Part shown: one piece after another, positions 42,855 to 55,126 of the stretch
Layout of the letters: each line of letters opens with the position of its first letter
Position numbering within the stretch: the stretch's first letter is position 1
Origin: Ramazzottius varieornatus
Taxonomy: Eukaryota; Animalia; Tardigrada
Reading direction: 5' to 3'
NCBI GenBank assembly: GCA_001949185.1
Contig: BDGG01000004.1
Span: 2,794,912-2,858,911, forward strand
Length of the DNA: 64,000 nt
The notes under the pieces: generated by a model
What the model was told of the DNA's origin: nothing
The model's input: the letters and a program-made list of their open reading frames with translations, nothing else
The model's database searches: none
Program-made: the position numbers and the translations under genes

Positions 42855-45726
42855 ATGTTCGCCCTTAGGAGGCCGCTGGTTAAAGCGGCTCTTCTCGCTG
42901 CCATCGGAGGTGTGACAGGAGTTGGAGTTCTTCATTACGCGAATCTGCTGGACTATAACGAAATGGGCGCTGTGCGAATTGGTCGGGCAGGAGTAACCGT
43001 AAGATTTCCGTATGTGTGCATCTGTGGTTTTTTTAGGCTGCGGTTCTTAAGTTCGTGTAGTTGGACAAAGTGGGTATAGCGAGATACTGTATAATTATAT
43101 GTTCCAGGTTGCTCAGATTGCGGTCGACTACAAGTGGTCGTTGTTCTGGATGAAAGATCCTCCGTCTTCCGAAGCCTATCGAAAAGAGCTTAGCAAGGTA
43201 CGAAAGATGCCCAGCTGGTATAGACTGGAATTTGGTTGGTTTAAATGCAAAAAATATGCTGATGGTCAATATTTTGTGGTACCAAGTATAGCTGTCATGG
43301 TACTGGAGAGTGGATTTAACCAATGTGGAGCATTTACAAGATGCTTTATGTAATGCAGATACATCTACGCTCGGCCGAGAAGCTGAAGGAACTTTGCTGC
43401 ATAAATAAGGGAGCTTTCGTTAAGGTGAGTTCCGGTCTGGCCACTGTGACGGCATCATGTCTAAAACTTTGTGGTCTGGTGTTCGCAGGTGGGCCAGCAC
43501 CTGGGGAGCTTGGATTATTTAGTACCAACCGAATACGTCGATACGATGAAGAGTCTTTACAATGACGCACCTCAGACTCCCTTCGAAGACATCTTGAAAG
43601 TTCTGAGGAAAGATCTCGGACGAGATGTACGACTGCGACTCAATGGTCTGTTTTAATCTCTCTTGGGGTGTGTCACCAGTTCGTTTCTGCTTTAGCCGCG
43701 GACAGTCTTCAGAAAAATTGATCCCGAACCACTGGGTGCGGCCTCGTTAGCTCAAGTGCATAAGGCGGTAGGTCTTGACATAACCCGTTCACAGGTCATA
43801 CCATGTTCAAATGAATCTTCTTCAGGAACTAAACGATGGAACCACGGTAGCAGTCAAGGTACGTGGACAACTTTAGCGGACTTTTTTCTTACAGTACGTA
43901 TCGGCAGGTGATCCTGCTTCTTCTGTTGTTTCAGGTTCAGCACAGTAAAGTGGAACGCCAGTCCAGATCTGACATCACTGCGGTGAAAGTGCTGCTCGTA
44001 GCGGTGAGCAAAATATTTCCCACATTCCAGTTCGTGTGGCTCGCTGAAGAAACGGAGAAAATCCTTCCCATGGGTAAACTCCGGCATCTGCTCATGAACA
44101 ACCGATTAATTGTTCGAGATCGTGTGACAAGGTTTTCTCTGGTAGAACTGGACTTTCTCAATGAAGGGAGAAACTGTGAGCGGTTGGGAAAGTCTTTATC
44201 CAGGTTCCCTTTTGTCAAGGTACGTGCAGAATACAGAGCAAATGTTATCATTGTTTTCCAGTATTCGGGAGAGACTTTACCATCATCCAGGTGCCGAAGA
44301 TATACTGGGACTTGTCTACAAAGCGAGTAGTGAGTATCGAAAATGCGAATAGTCCAACTGTATCTTGAAATAACACGGAATGCAAGTTTTGTTTTAGCTA
44401 ACAATGGAGTATTGTGAGGGAGGACGCATCGACGACTTGCAGTATTATCGTGCGAATCACATTTCCGTTTCTGATGTTCGTAAATGAGTTTTCATACTGA
44501 GCCGACCCCTATGTTAATAACGGAGGTACAGGTGTGAACAGAATATCCTTTTCTTTTTGCAGGTATTCACTAAAATCAGCAAAGTTTTCAACGAGATGAT
44601 CTTTGTTAATGGTTATGTGGTGAGTGTTTCGTCCTTTCCCTTGGAAAAGCTCGTAAATTTGTGTGTCCGCTGTCTGGATACCGGTTAATGTGACTTTCTT
44701 TTTGTGCGTTCCATAGCACTGTGATCCCCACCCCGGTACGTCTTCAGGTGACTCGTTCACAGCTTATGAAATGCATCGTGACATGAGATTGTTACAGGAA
44801 ACATGCTTGTTAGCAAAAGTCCGCTGGGTACTCCAATACTGACTATTCTGGACCATGGTGTGCACATGGTTGGTACCCATACACTCACATGATTCCGGAT
44901 CGGTTATAACAAAATATCCTAATTGGCATGTGTTTTTCCTGCCAATAGCAAATCTCTGAACCAACGAGATTGTCTTACTCGAAACTCTGGTTGTCCATGT
45001 TGGACGCCGATGTTGAGGGCATGAAGAAATTCGCTTCGGAGCTCGGAGTGGGCGACATGTTCGACATATTTGCCTGTATGCTGACAGCCAGAAGCTGGAC
45101 GGGAGTTCGGTCTGGCATACAGAACTCTGTCCTCAGCGACGGCGAGGTAGCAACCAACCGACCATTCGAACAAACATGTGAACAACATAAGGACAGTCTG
45201 TCAGACGCCTCGTACCATCAGATCCATTTTGTTTAGATGTTTGACATAAAGAGGAAAATTTCCATGTTACTTCCGGAAATCAGGTAAGACGAATATCAGA
45301 AGGATATCAGCGAACGCAGCCAAAAGAGCGATTGTCTGCATATTTGTCCTTGCAGTGATATTCTGAACAAAGTTCCACGAGATGTTCTCCTGATCTTGAA
45401 GACCAACGACCTTCTGCGAGGCATATCCTACAAGCTCAAAGTCCAGAACGATCCTCACGTTTTCACGACAGCTTCCCTGGTGAGCACTTCCGTCTCTTAA
45501 GTAACTTGGCGGATCTCCGCAGTGAGCCACTGTTCCGAGTTCTCACACTTGCTTTTTTTTCTTGCAGGCTTGCACTCGGGTTGTTTACCGGGAGAAGATA
45601 AACCACGCAGACAGTCCGTTGGCTGCTCTCAAACTAGTAGGTAACATGCTCTGGACACTCTTTAAAATCAAGATTTTTGAATTTTATCTGACTATTTTTC
45701 CCAACCGGAACCCTCTCATTCTGTGA
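42855..45726 (+). CDS. ADCK1: aarF/UbiB-domain atypical kinase ADCK1
   Basis: IHLRSAEKL, NKGAFVK|VGQHLGSLDYLVPTEY, PLGAASLAQVHKA, VAVK|VQH, ELDFLNEGRN, LTMEY, HCDPHP|GN, LDHG, LKTNDLLR. Confidence 0.93.
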
Positions 45727-45912
45727 TCACCGCTTTTAGTTTTACTACTGTTTTACTGTGGTGTTAGACGTGTTCCCTCCTTGTTGCCTTGGTCCCGCTG
45801 AGTATTATCGCCAATTGCTTGTATGACGGCAGCTCGATTTGCAGTAAAACATGCATTGTTTACTAGCCGCTCAAAATATTATCAACAGGTGGAACTTGTG
45901 ACGTAATCAAAT

Positions 45913-47216
45913 ATGGCCTCCAGCAATCCCAATCCAAGACCACTGCGGACCATCCGCGACCTCCGCGATGAAAGTGAGTATTTCTGCTGCTTCGAATCGT
46001 TCCCGAATCAGTTTGAGCGGATGTCCGCTTGCCTCTGGTGGTCGTCTAGTTTATTTTGCAAGATCTTGAGTGTTGCAGCATGGATGGTCCGCGAAGGTTT
46101 AGCCGAGATAGAACGGGAACAAGTACTACGGAGACAAGGACCCACTGTACGCTACGAACTGTCTTCCATTCCCTATCTTGGTACCGACGGCAAAGCCACA
46201 CAACGAGATCTCGTTCCACACCCTCGCAAAATTTACGAGGATGACAGCGAGTACATCAAGAGATGTAAAGAAGGAGGAACCGAACGTAAGGTAATAAATA
46301 TCCCGGTATCTGTAATCCCTCGAATTTTGTGATTCATGCTGTCCTTCGTCTAGATTTCATTTGGTGGGAGCCGGACTTTCCGCTTACTCCCATCTCTGAA
46401 AAATCGGAAGCCTTTGTACGACCAAGTTTTCCGGCATGGACAACCCATCCCTCTTCATTACTACCTAACCCGCACGAAAATTTTGCGAAGACGAGGTACT
46501 GTAAGTTTGAGTCTTTCAGTTCCACAAGCTCCCTTTTTTTCGGTCAGCTTCTCAGTAACGGCGTTCCTTTATTCGCTTTGCAGGAAGTTACCGCCCACAT
46601 CCAATGTATTGCCTTACGGTAATTTAAGGCTTTTGTTGTTCAACTTGAGACCGTTATTAAAATTTCGTGGATTTATCTGTGTCTTGCATAGGACATGAAA
46701 AGCGGAGACTAGAAGCTTCCAATCTACCAACAGCAGTGGGAGCACCTCGCGAATACACCTGGGAACTAGGTCTGGATCCTCACCGGAAGCGTGAGAAGTA
46801 TGATATGTACCAGATCATGACCAATGGGTACCTCGCTCCTTACTTATACGAGCAAAGGAAAAGGAATTACTTCACCAGTCTTTTTGATCGGCCCAAGAAC
46901 GAAACGGAAAAACTTCAGCGTAAGTTGTCTGACAAGGTCTGTCCTTGGCACCTTGGCCCGAATCTATTTGCTGGTCAGACTGTACTTCCTTGTTTCAGAG
47001 CAAATATTCGAGGAGCAACGGGAACACAACCGTGAACTGCGCGAGAAGGCTGCACGTTTCACCCGTATGACCCAAGGAAAACCCTGCTGGACCGACAGAG
47101 AACATATGGAAACCCGGGCCGCCCTCTTTCCCAATGGATGGGGCCGAGGCATTCGACCTCCGCGACGTCCAGTGGACCTTGCTACTATGAAAGCGTCGGA
47201 AGGCTTGGCTGGATGA
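45913..47216 (+). CDS. C7orf57-like (DUF5524-like) protein
   Basis: Motifs SSIPYL, EDDSEYIKRCKEGG and DMYQIMTNGY recall C7orf57 blocks (SQIPGL, TDSEYVKLAKQGG, SKLLSNGY), from memory. The GT-AG exon chain is consistent. Confidence 0.55.
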
Positions 47217-47282
47217 TGTTTCTTCTTAACAGTTCTAATCGGACATTTTTCTACATAACAAACTCACAGCACATCGTGGTCT

Positions 47283-50200
47283 TCAAGAATCTCTATCATT
47301 CTCTTCGGTATCACAAGGAGGCAAATCGGGACAGACTCGAGTTTCGACAGGTACATATGCGCATGCTTGCATCTCTGACGAGGGCATCTTCGTTATCATT
47401 CTTATTCGTTGCTGTATCCCGTTACCGCAAGATTTTGTACAGCTCATCCATTCACTCCACTCTCCAAACACACAGTATTGATTTTCTGTAGAAACAAAGC
47501 ATGCAGTTAGTCACAAAAAATGAATTCGTAATAATCGCTAAGCACAGCATGATTATCACGTACTGCAGGGTGGCAGCACACACTTCCGCCTTTGCTCCAA
47601 CTTTGTTGGACACGCTTGGCCGCCGTTTTGTGGCCTTACCACGATTTCACGGTACCGATCTTGAAATCCTTTTCCACAAGAGACACTACAAGGTCCCCAC
47701 GAAGAGTAAGTGGAGACCTGGCAGTCGACGGGCGGTCCAGTATGGTGCGTCTTTAGGGCGGCAGCAGTCGGTAAGGCAGAGGGCACTGCTGATGGTAAGG
47801 GCGCTAAAAATACCGATCGAGTACGTTTCTATCTTGGTTTTATCAATCTTAAAGAGGACGTTATTAGGATAGGTTTTGTTGGACACAGGTTATGTGGGTA
47901 GCTGATCCAGTTGGAGCAAGCTAATACACGGGGAACGACACCAACCGCAAATCATTCCGTTCTGGATCATGGCATTAGGGAATTGGGCCGCCATTTGGGA
48001 GAAATAAGCAGGTTCGATGGAGTTAGATATGACATTCTGTCCTTCTGCGTACTCTGTTAGTAAAAACACAAAACTCTTTCACCATAGAACGTGGCACAGT
48101 CGAGGCTATATGCGGAAGCAACAAAGCAACCTTTCCGAATTACAATAAAAACCTACCGAAAGCCCGCTCGCAAGCTATGTTGCACTCTTCGTAGTTCCTA
48201 AATATTTGGAAAAAGATGTAGAAGTTTCATCAGAGACTGGAACCGACAAGACCAAGGTGAAACAGCATAATTATTTTTGTTTCCCCCACCCGAAATTATT
48301 CATGTTCCCGCGGCATCCCGAATAGACAAATGGCTGGCACACTCCTCGATCAAAATCGAAATACCATCTTGGCATGAAACCGTAGCAAGAGCCAGCAGCC
48401 TTTGGCTGCATGCAAACCACTAATGAAACCAGAAGAAAGCTTGATACACAGAGGCAAATCGGGTGAGTTCTTGAACGCGAGAGTCGTAGGTAGCATACCT
48501 TTCTGTTCCATCGGATCAAAATCACAGCTGGTTCTGTTGGCGATGCATCCTCGCTTCTCCACCAGAGTTACCTGACAAGAAGTAGCGTCTCGCGGTCGAA
48601 GATACTGCCGCCTTCTCGCGCTCGTACCTCGTCCGCAGGTGACACCTGGAAGAAAAACATCATGAACCTGGAATACTTTTCCAGAATCGTTCGGGGATGT
48701 TTCGAGTACTTACTGCAAGGAGACCAGTTCGACCAGTTCGTCACTTCGCATCCAGGCGATGGAGTTTGGCAGTCCCCTGCGGAACACTCTTCCTTCTCCA
48801 TCAAAGGTTCGCTACAGAACTTCTCCGCCATGGAATCCTTGTACATTCTGGTCCGAGTGCGAATTCCAGTTCCACATGTGGCCGAGCACTCAGTCCAGTC
48901 TGACCATGGTGACGTCATGCAACTGAAAGCGGGCCTACAATCGAAAAATATCGTAAACTTATTTCCCCCGTAAAAGTTGCTTTTTTATTAGAAGCTTACG
49001 TGGTTGCAATTGCAGTGTCTGGCTCTGCGGATCTATCAACGGTGATCTCGTTTTCGTTACTCTGTGCGCACATCTGCTTGTCAAACAGTTGCTGTGTACA
49101 TCCAGCCATCGAAGCTTTAGCGGGATTGCGGTAGGTCCTTGTTCTCATCTGACTTCCGCCTTCACAGGGGCTCCATAAGGTCCATTCATTTGTCATGCAG
49201 GCAACTACGTTTTCGCACGGAAGTCGGTCAGTAATATGTAACGTGATAATGAACACGGAAAAGGTGGTACTCAGCCATTACTTCGCTGATCATTTTTCTG
49301 GTCGAAATTAGACGCGGTGATTACTTCTTCGCTCGTAACAGCAGGATTAGGATCACCACATGATTTTTCGTAGATTTTCATCCTGGTTATCACCAGCTTA
49401 GCCAACGGTGTCATAGGCTTCCCCATTGGATCATAAAAAGGCGAGCTGGGGTTCTTTGGATAACGACTAGTGATATTGTGGATCCTCTCACGGGGATTCG
49501 TCGGCGAATTTTCCGCCTGTAGGGGCAATCATAGAAATTGATGATCATGGCACTTTTACGTGAGAGTGATAAGCATCGGCGGCAAATAAGTACCATATAA
49601 GTTACTCCGCTGTCGGTTCCTGCATCGAACGGAAACAAATCGATTTCTTTCCGGTCGGTCCATGAGCAGTTCTTTAGGCACAAATTGAGCGAGTCTATTC
49701 CAACCAGCCAATCTGGGCTAGGGCCTACGTGAGAAATCCGTGTTCACATTTCCTCCACTGTATTCATCTCGAGGCCTATGCAGCAGATTACTTCGCTTGG
49801 TAAGTCGGTTCACGGAGTTGACTTACCAAACATGCTGGCTAAAGACAATAAGTGATGCTTTTGATCGGTTCGGAAAACGGCATGTGTTTGACCGTTGAGG
49901 TTCGGGTACCACAAGCCTGCAAACAAAGATTTCGGTTAAAGACCAGTCCTACCGCCTAAGTATCTAGCCAGCCAAGCAGACATTCGGAATACTAAGGTAC
50001 GAACCTCGAGCTTTAACAATCGTTCGAATGTCTTTTGTCTGAAATACGTAGAAGAGAAAGAGTTGTCAGAACATCGTGGAACCAGATAAACTGATCAGGG
50101 TCACGCAGTGACGTCATCATACCTTCGTTTTGAGCTCCTTTTCCAGTTCTTGAGTCTTGCCCCACTCGGCTAGTTGCTTCAGACCATCACTGGCGTAGCC

Positions 50201-51604
50201 ACCGATTTCGTAGATTTTAAAGTTGGAGGTATGAGTTGCGCCGATTATGTCGGAAAAGTGCGTAAACCATTGTGCTAAAATCACAGAAACAGCACTCTTG
50301 AAGTTCCTCCACATCCCTGGCTTATTTGCCGAGCGAACTAAACTGTTTACTTTTCGATTAACTTTGCGATAATCCTACCCCGGGGTGCTCCAACCGCACG
50401 TATTGAAAGCAGGGACCCTCATCTGGAGGGACGAGTGCGTACAGGAATCTTCCCGATCACTGAACTTCGAAAAGGGCCGCGCTACTTACTTGTCGGAAAA
50501 TCCTTTGGATGTGTTTGTGGAGACCAAATGCCGGTAAAGCTCAGCTCAAACTTTGCGTCGTCACAGGCACAGCATCCTTCTTGAGTGGCCACTGGTGCGG
50601 TTGCTTGGTCCGCTTGCTCTGTAATAAAAAGCATACTCCGTTTATTCTCGCGCTCAGTTGTTTAGTTGAGCGCAGACTTTTACCTGCTTCACACAACTCT
50701 TTGACCAGGCCACCTTCTTCCTGGTACCATATGTTCCGGTACTCCATGACGGTTGCTCTGTCAAATAAAATGGAAAGTTTATACAGAAAAGCACTTCGGA
50801 CTTTACACTTCGATCAATCAACCCATGTCAGACAACTTCCGGGTTAACAAAACCGTCCCGGCTCTCTATCACGAAGGCCGGAAAGCCTTCCGATATCCTT
50901 ACCGAATTTGGATACAGCCAGATCCATGTCGCGGAGCACGCCAAAGGACCTGAACCTCGGATCGAGGAACCGATGTCCGGTTGGTTACAACGTTGGTGCA
51001 GTGTCCCGCATACGTCACGATGGCTTCGTTGAAATGCTAAGAACCAAACAGTAAGGTAGTAATATTCCCACAAAAATCCAGGCGGTCGAGAAACCATCTT
51101 TCTAATGTGGAGTATCGACCGAAGTTTCTATTTCTTCCCGGTCCAGAATAATGAAGTAAATAGCTGTCAGCCACGCCAGTTGGCAGTTAGGTCTCCGAAA
51201 TTACCTCAAATTTTCCGGCCGAAGATGCCCTTATTCTTCCGTCTCTCGGTGTAGCTCGTATCCAAAATCCAATAAACTTTTGCACGCTGTACTGTGTACG
51301 CCATCCGTGCAGTGTGACTACAACAAAAGCAACAGTCGTAACTGTACCAAAAACATTTGTCGCCGTTGCTTCCTATGCAAGAACTTGGGAGGAAGCAGTA
51401 TTAATAAGAAAAGCACTCACTTGTATAATTTTGTCCCGGTAAATAGGTATCCAAATCTTGAGCAATTTTCAGGCGAAATCCATTATCACCGGGAGTCTTC
51501 GGAACATCGATGACTGGACGGTGAAGTCTTCGACATTCATCCATCGGGTAGTTCAGTCCACTCGCCAAGGAAATTAATAACAAAAAATGCACAACGAACA
51601 TCAT
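47283..51604 (-). CDS. SPON1: F-spondin (signal peptide, Reeler, Spondin_N, TSP1 repeats, Kunitz)
   Basis: Hydrophobic N-terminus, PKTPGDNGF, CCACDDAKFEL, HFSDIIGATH, PSPDWLVG, PFDAGTDSGVTY, several WSxWxxCSxxCG TSP1 repeats, Kunitz GSCYGFMPRWYF...YSGCRGNMNNF. Confidence 0.95.
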
Positions 51605-52328
51605 CGCGGTGCAGTGCAGGTAAAATGAAACAAAGTTCCGGTCGTTCAGCATTTTCTAAATTATTAAACTCGTCGGGGAATTCCAAAGGTAACGTCCAGG
51701 ACCTCAGTACATGCCCTCACTGTAAGCTCGCCGCAAATCAACCGATTACTCCGCAGTGTTATTCGAAGCATCTCGAATTATTCCGCGGATTGTGAGGCGT
51801 GGTTCAGTGAAGAACGGTTGGGGAAAAGAATTGGCTCTTCCGCTGGCATTCCATTAGGTTGAAAATGTCATAACAGTACGAGTATGAGCCGAAGTGTGGT
51901 GATTAATCCATAAGACTAATAATCCAGTGCCCGGGTTCGCCAAATGATCACCATCACGGCCAAGAGTTTTTCGTAGATAAGCGATAGGTATGTCAAGAAT
52001 GTCTGATCTTGCAGACCCAGGAAGCGGAAGATGCAAGCATGATCGCTGTGTGATGAGACCAAGAAAAGATCAAGAAGGCGGCCATGCAACGTTGTCTGCT
52101 GTGAGTGCGTGCAAGCGTGGGACTTTGAGATAGATCAACTGTGACAAAATATCAGCGACGTACGACGCACGCGGGAAGATGAAAGAACCTCACAAAGGTC
52201 TTCTGACAGACCGTACTCGAAATATGCAGGAAGTACGAGCTTCTTCCCGGATTTTCTCATTGAATCCAAGTCAATGTGAAACGTTTCACATCCGAGACGT
52301 CGGAAAATGTTTTCACCCAGATCTCTAT

Positions 52329-53270
52329 CTCAAGTGGCGCACGGTTTCACTGTTATTGGCTGAGAGCATGCGCCACTTCGGAAACGAACTGGATGAATTC
52401 ATATGCCGACGCCCATTTTGGTAACAGCTTGAAAGGGCTGGGGTCCAGTTTCCGGAGTACGACGATGTATTGTGGGGATAGTTGCATCGCATGGCACGAG
52501 AGAGAGTACGTAAAAGATGATTACGGCATTGTACAGCAGCAGCTATCATTCGGAGCGTGCACATGAAACGCGCGGCCAGCCTCTTCATGTTTTCTATTTA
52601 GTTCCATTTGGATATTAGGCCATTATTCATCCCGTCAAAAAAACCGACCCAAACAAATCTTGTCAAGCAGTGTTCCCAACACATTAGCCGACGCAATTTC
52701 CTCCTCACTTCATTATATCTACATATCATCACTCTGATAACGATATCGATGCCCATGATTTCCTCCCATGGCGTGCTATCGATCGTCCTCCACAAATGAA
52801 ATTAACCACGCTATTGCGGCCACAAATTGGATTACAATGTTTCGAAATTACCCAAAGTTGCCACTATGAAACTGTGAATACCACCGCAGAGCTCTCGATA
52901 GTGCAGACAACTTCGTGTCGTTGATATGACCGTCCTACACAACTTGATGAATTTGATATCCTTGTTTTTCACCACGAGGACCTCAAAAAGCACTTCATTA
53001 AACGGCAGAAAATCGCATAGAAGGTCCCTGCGTATCTTTTCTTCTAGTTTATTACGTTTATTTGCACGAACCAAGGCGATATCCACAATTAGTTACATAT
53101 ACATATATCCAGACCTTGAACAGTACGTTGCAAGGTACGCTCTCCGTGATATCGTGACCAGGCACTATATGGGAAGTGAACAAAAGATCTGAAGCAAGTT
53201 TGCCACCTCAAGTGGCGCAAGTTTCAATTGTTATAGGCTGAAAGTGGGTGCCACTTGGAAAACGATCTGG
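52329..53270. repeat. Pair of ~64-bp diverged direct repeats (52329-52392 and 53207-53270), each an internal hairpin
   Basis: Both copies read ctcaagtggcgca...ggctga.ag...gccactt...aaacga.ctgg. Confidence 0.75.
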
Positions 53271-54966
53271 CTTATTTACCACATGCCTGTATTTCTAGTG
53301 TACAAAAGAAAGTTCGTTTGCCCATGAATTGTTGGACACAGGGATTCCCTTTTCGAGCCATCACGTCAGCGGTCCTCCGATGGAAATCACTTGAATATGC
53401 CGCCCCCGAAATTATTTGAATCTTCCAGCCTCTTCCTGCATTTTTTTTGAATTTAAAATAATTTCCGACGGTAAACAAAGGGGTTACGACAAACGTGATA
53501 TGTGATATGTTATGCGTGATTTGCAGGACATGGCGACGCATTTGTATTCATCGATTCTTGGGGAGGTCGGTTTGCAAATCAGGGAGAGTATGGGATAATG
53601 CATTTACGATTGTAATATTTGAACTGCCTTTTGTGCTGCTGGGGTTCTTCTCAAGACGGATGGCGCCAAATGTGTCCGTACAGACACAGTACAATTCCAT
53701 TAGGTGGCTTTGGATTACCAACTTGTCATCGATCTGTACATCCGTAGAGCCAGCTTGCCGCCTAAAGTTACGTGATGTCACGCAACATCCTCTGCCGGTG
53801 CTCAGAGCGCTTTTCACAGTCCTCGACAACCAAATGATCTTTCAGGAAGTTTCAAGTACAAGCAGAGAGCATTTTGTCGCTTATCCATTCAAGCAACCAC
53901 TAACTTCAACAGTAACTGATTCACAACCGCAAAGAACTGTAAAATGGCGTACAAAGTTTATTACATCATGGGGAATATGCGCATGTACCATACGACACAA
54001 GCTCAAAACTATTTTGAGCGGATAAATTTGAAGAACCCTAGTTATGCCGTAACAGGCGGACGTCAAACCCACCAACCAAAGCAATCAAAATTATATCTGA
54101 CAACAGAGGCTTCGAGAAAAGTACGATCCATTGAGCGGTCGCTGCGACAGCAACTCGCTGAGCTAACTTTTTCGGTACGACGATATCAAACAAGTATTTA
54201 ACCATGGTCGGCGAGAGTCATGAGACAAAACAGAAAGAGACAACGTCAAGGACATCCTCGATTCTTTGTAGTACAATGGGGTAGACTTTGAAGTTGAGCA
54301 ACTCCAGTGGCCAAATCATCGAAAGCCATCGATGAGAAGCATCCATCAGTTATCGGAAGGCACGACGTCAGCATCCGCAGGGAACCAAGAAATCCGCATG
54401 AGTCCTTCGAGCCGACTGTCCATCCACGACCCTCACGCTGAGCAAGACCTCAACAGTACCAGCAACCACACAGACAAGCAGACCTTCGGAAGGTCCACAC
54501 CACATCAAAACACCATAAGACCACAGCACAATTAGTAAAAGGCAAAAGCGGCAACAGGAAGAGACAGTACCATCACATCACAATAGGACACATTGAGCAA
54601 CCCTCAAATATATCCAAATGCATTTGGTTAATTTCTCCGAAGGACCCTATCGAAAGTCCTTTGCGACATGGGACAGTAACTCAAGCCATAGTTGCCTACG
54701 CTGGCTCGATTTTTCCCTAGTCTGACATTTTTGGACGTTGGCCAATATGGAAGCTAATGGGGAAAAGACAACAACCTCGCTTGTTTCACCCTACAGACCA
54801 CGTGCGATAAAGCCTTCTCACTGAACTTACCTATTGCAGGGGAACAAAGAAGATCGCCTCCACCAATCGATTCGGAAAGCCAGGTAAACTGCTCCTTTAC
54901 TTTTGTCCTCATTTGGGATCCAGAAAAGTCCTTCAAATGATGTTTCGCAGCCCTGTTGAAATATTA

Positions 54967-55112
54967 TACTGTAAATATTCGCTGCATCCGCGCAGTACAC
55001 ACACGTACGTGACGATGCACCCCCGTAGGGGGTTGCGTAATCCGTGAAACTGGACCGGGGCTGTACTTCACTTGTACGATGACGTCTTGCGGGGACGCAG
55101 CCAATATTTACA
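54967..55112. mobile_element. ~146-bp palindromic element related to 6596-6741
   Basis: 54970-54995 matches the reverse complement of 55087-55112 at 22/26. Shares core motifs TAGGGGGTTG, GGACYGGGGCT and ATGACGT with 6596-6741. Confidence 0.65.
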
Positions 55113-55126
55113 ATTATTTGATCAAA

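Noticed and set aside
52560-54540. Protein-like fragments faintly recalling BTB/BACK proteins
   Set aside because: Many stops, inconsistent spacing, and motifs too short to support a pseudogene call.
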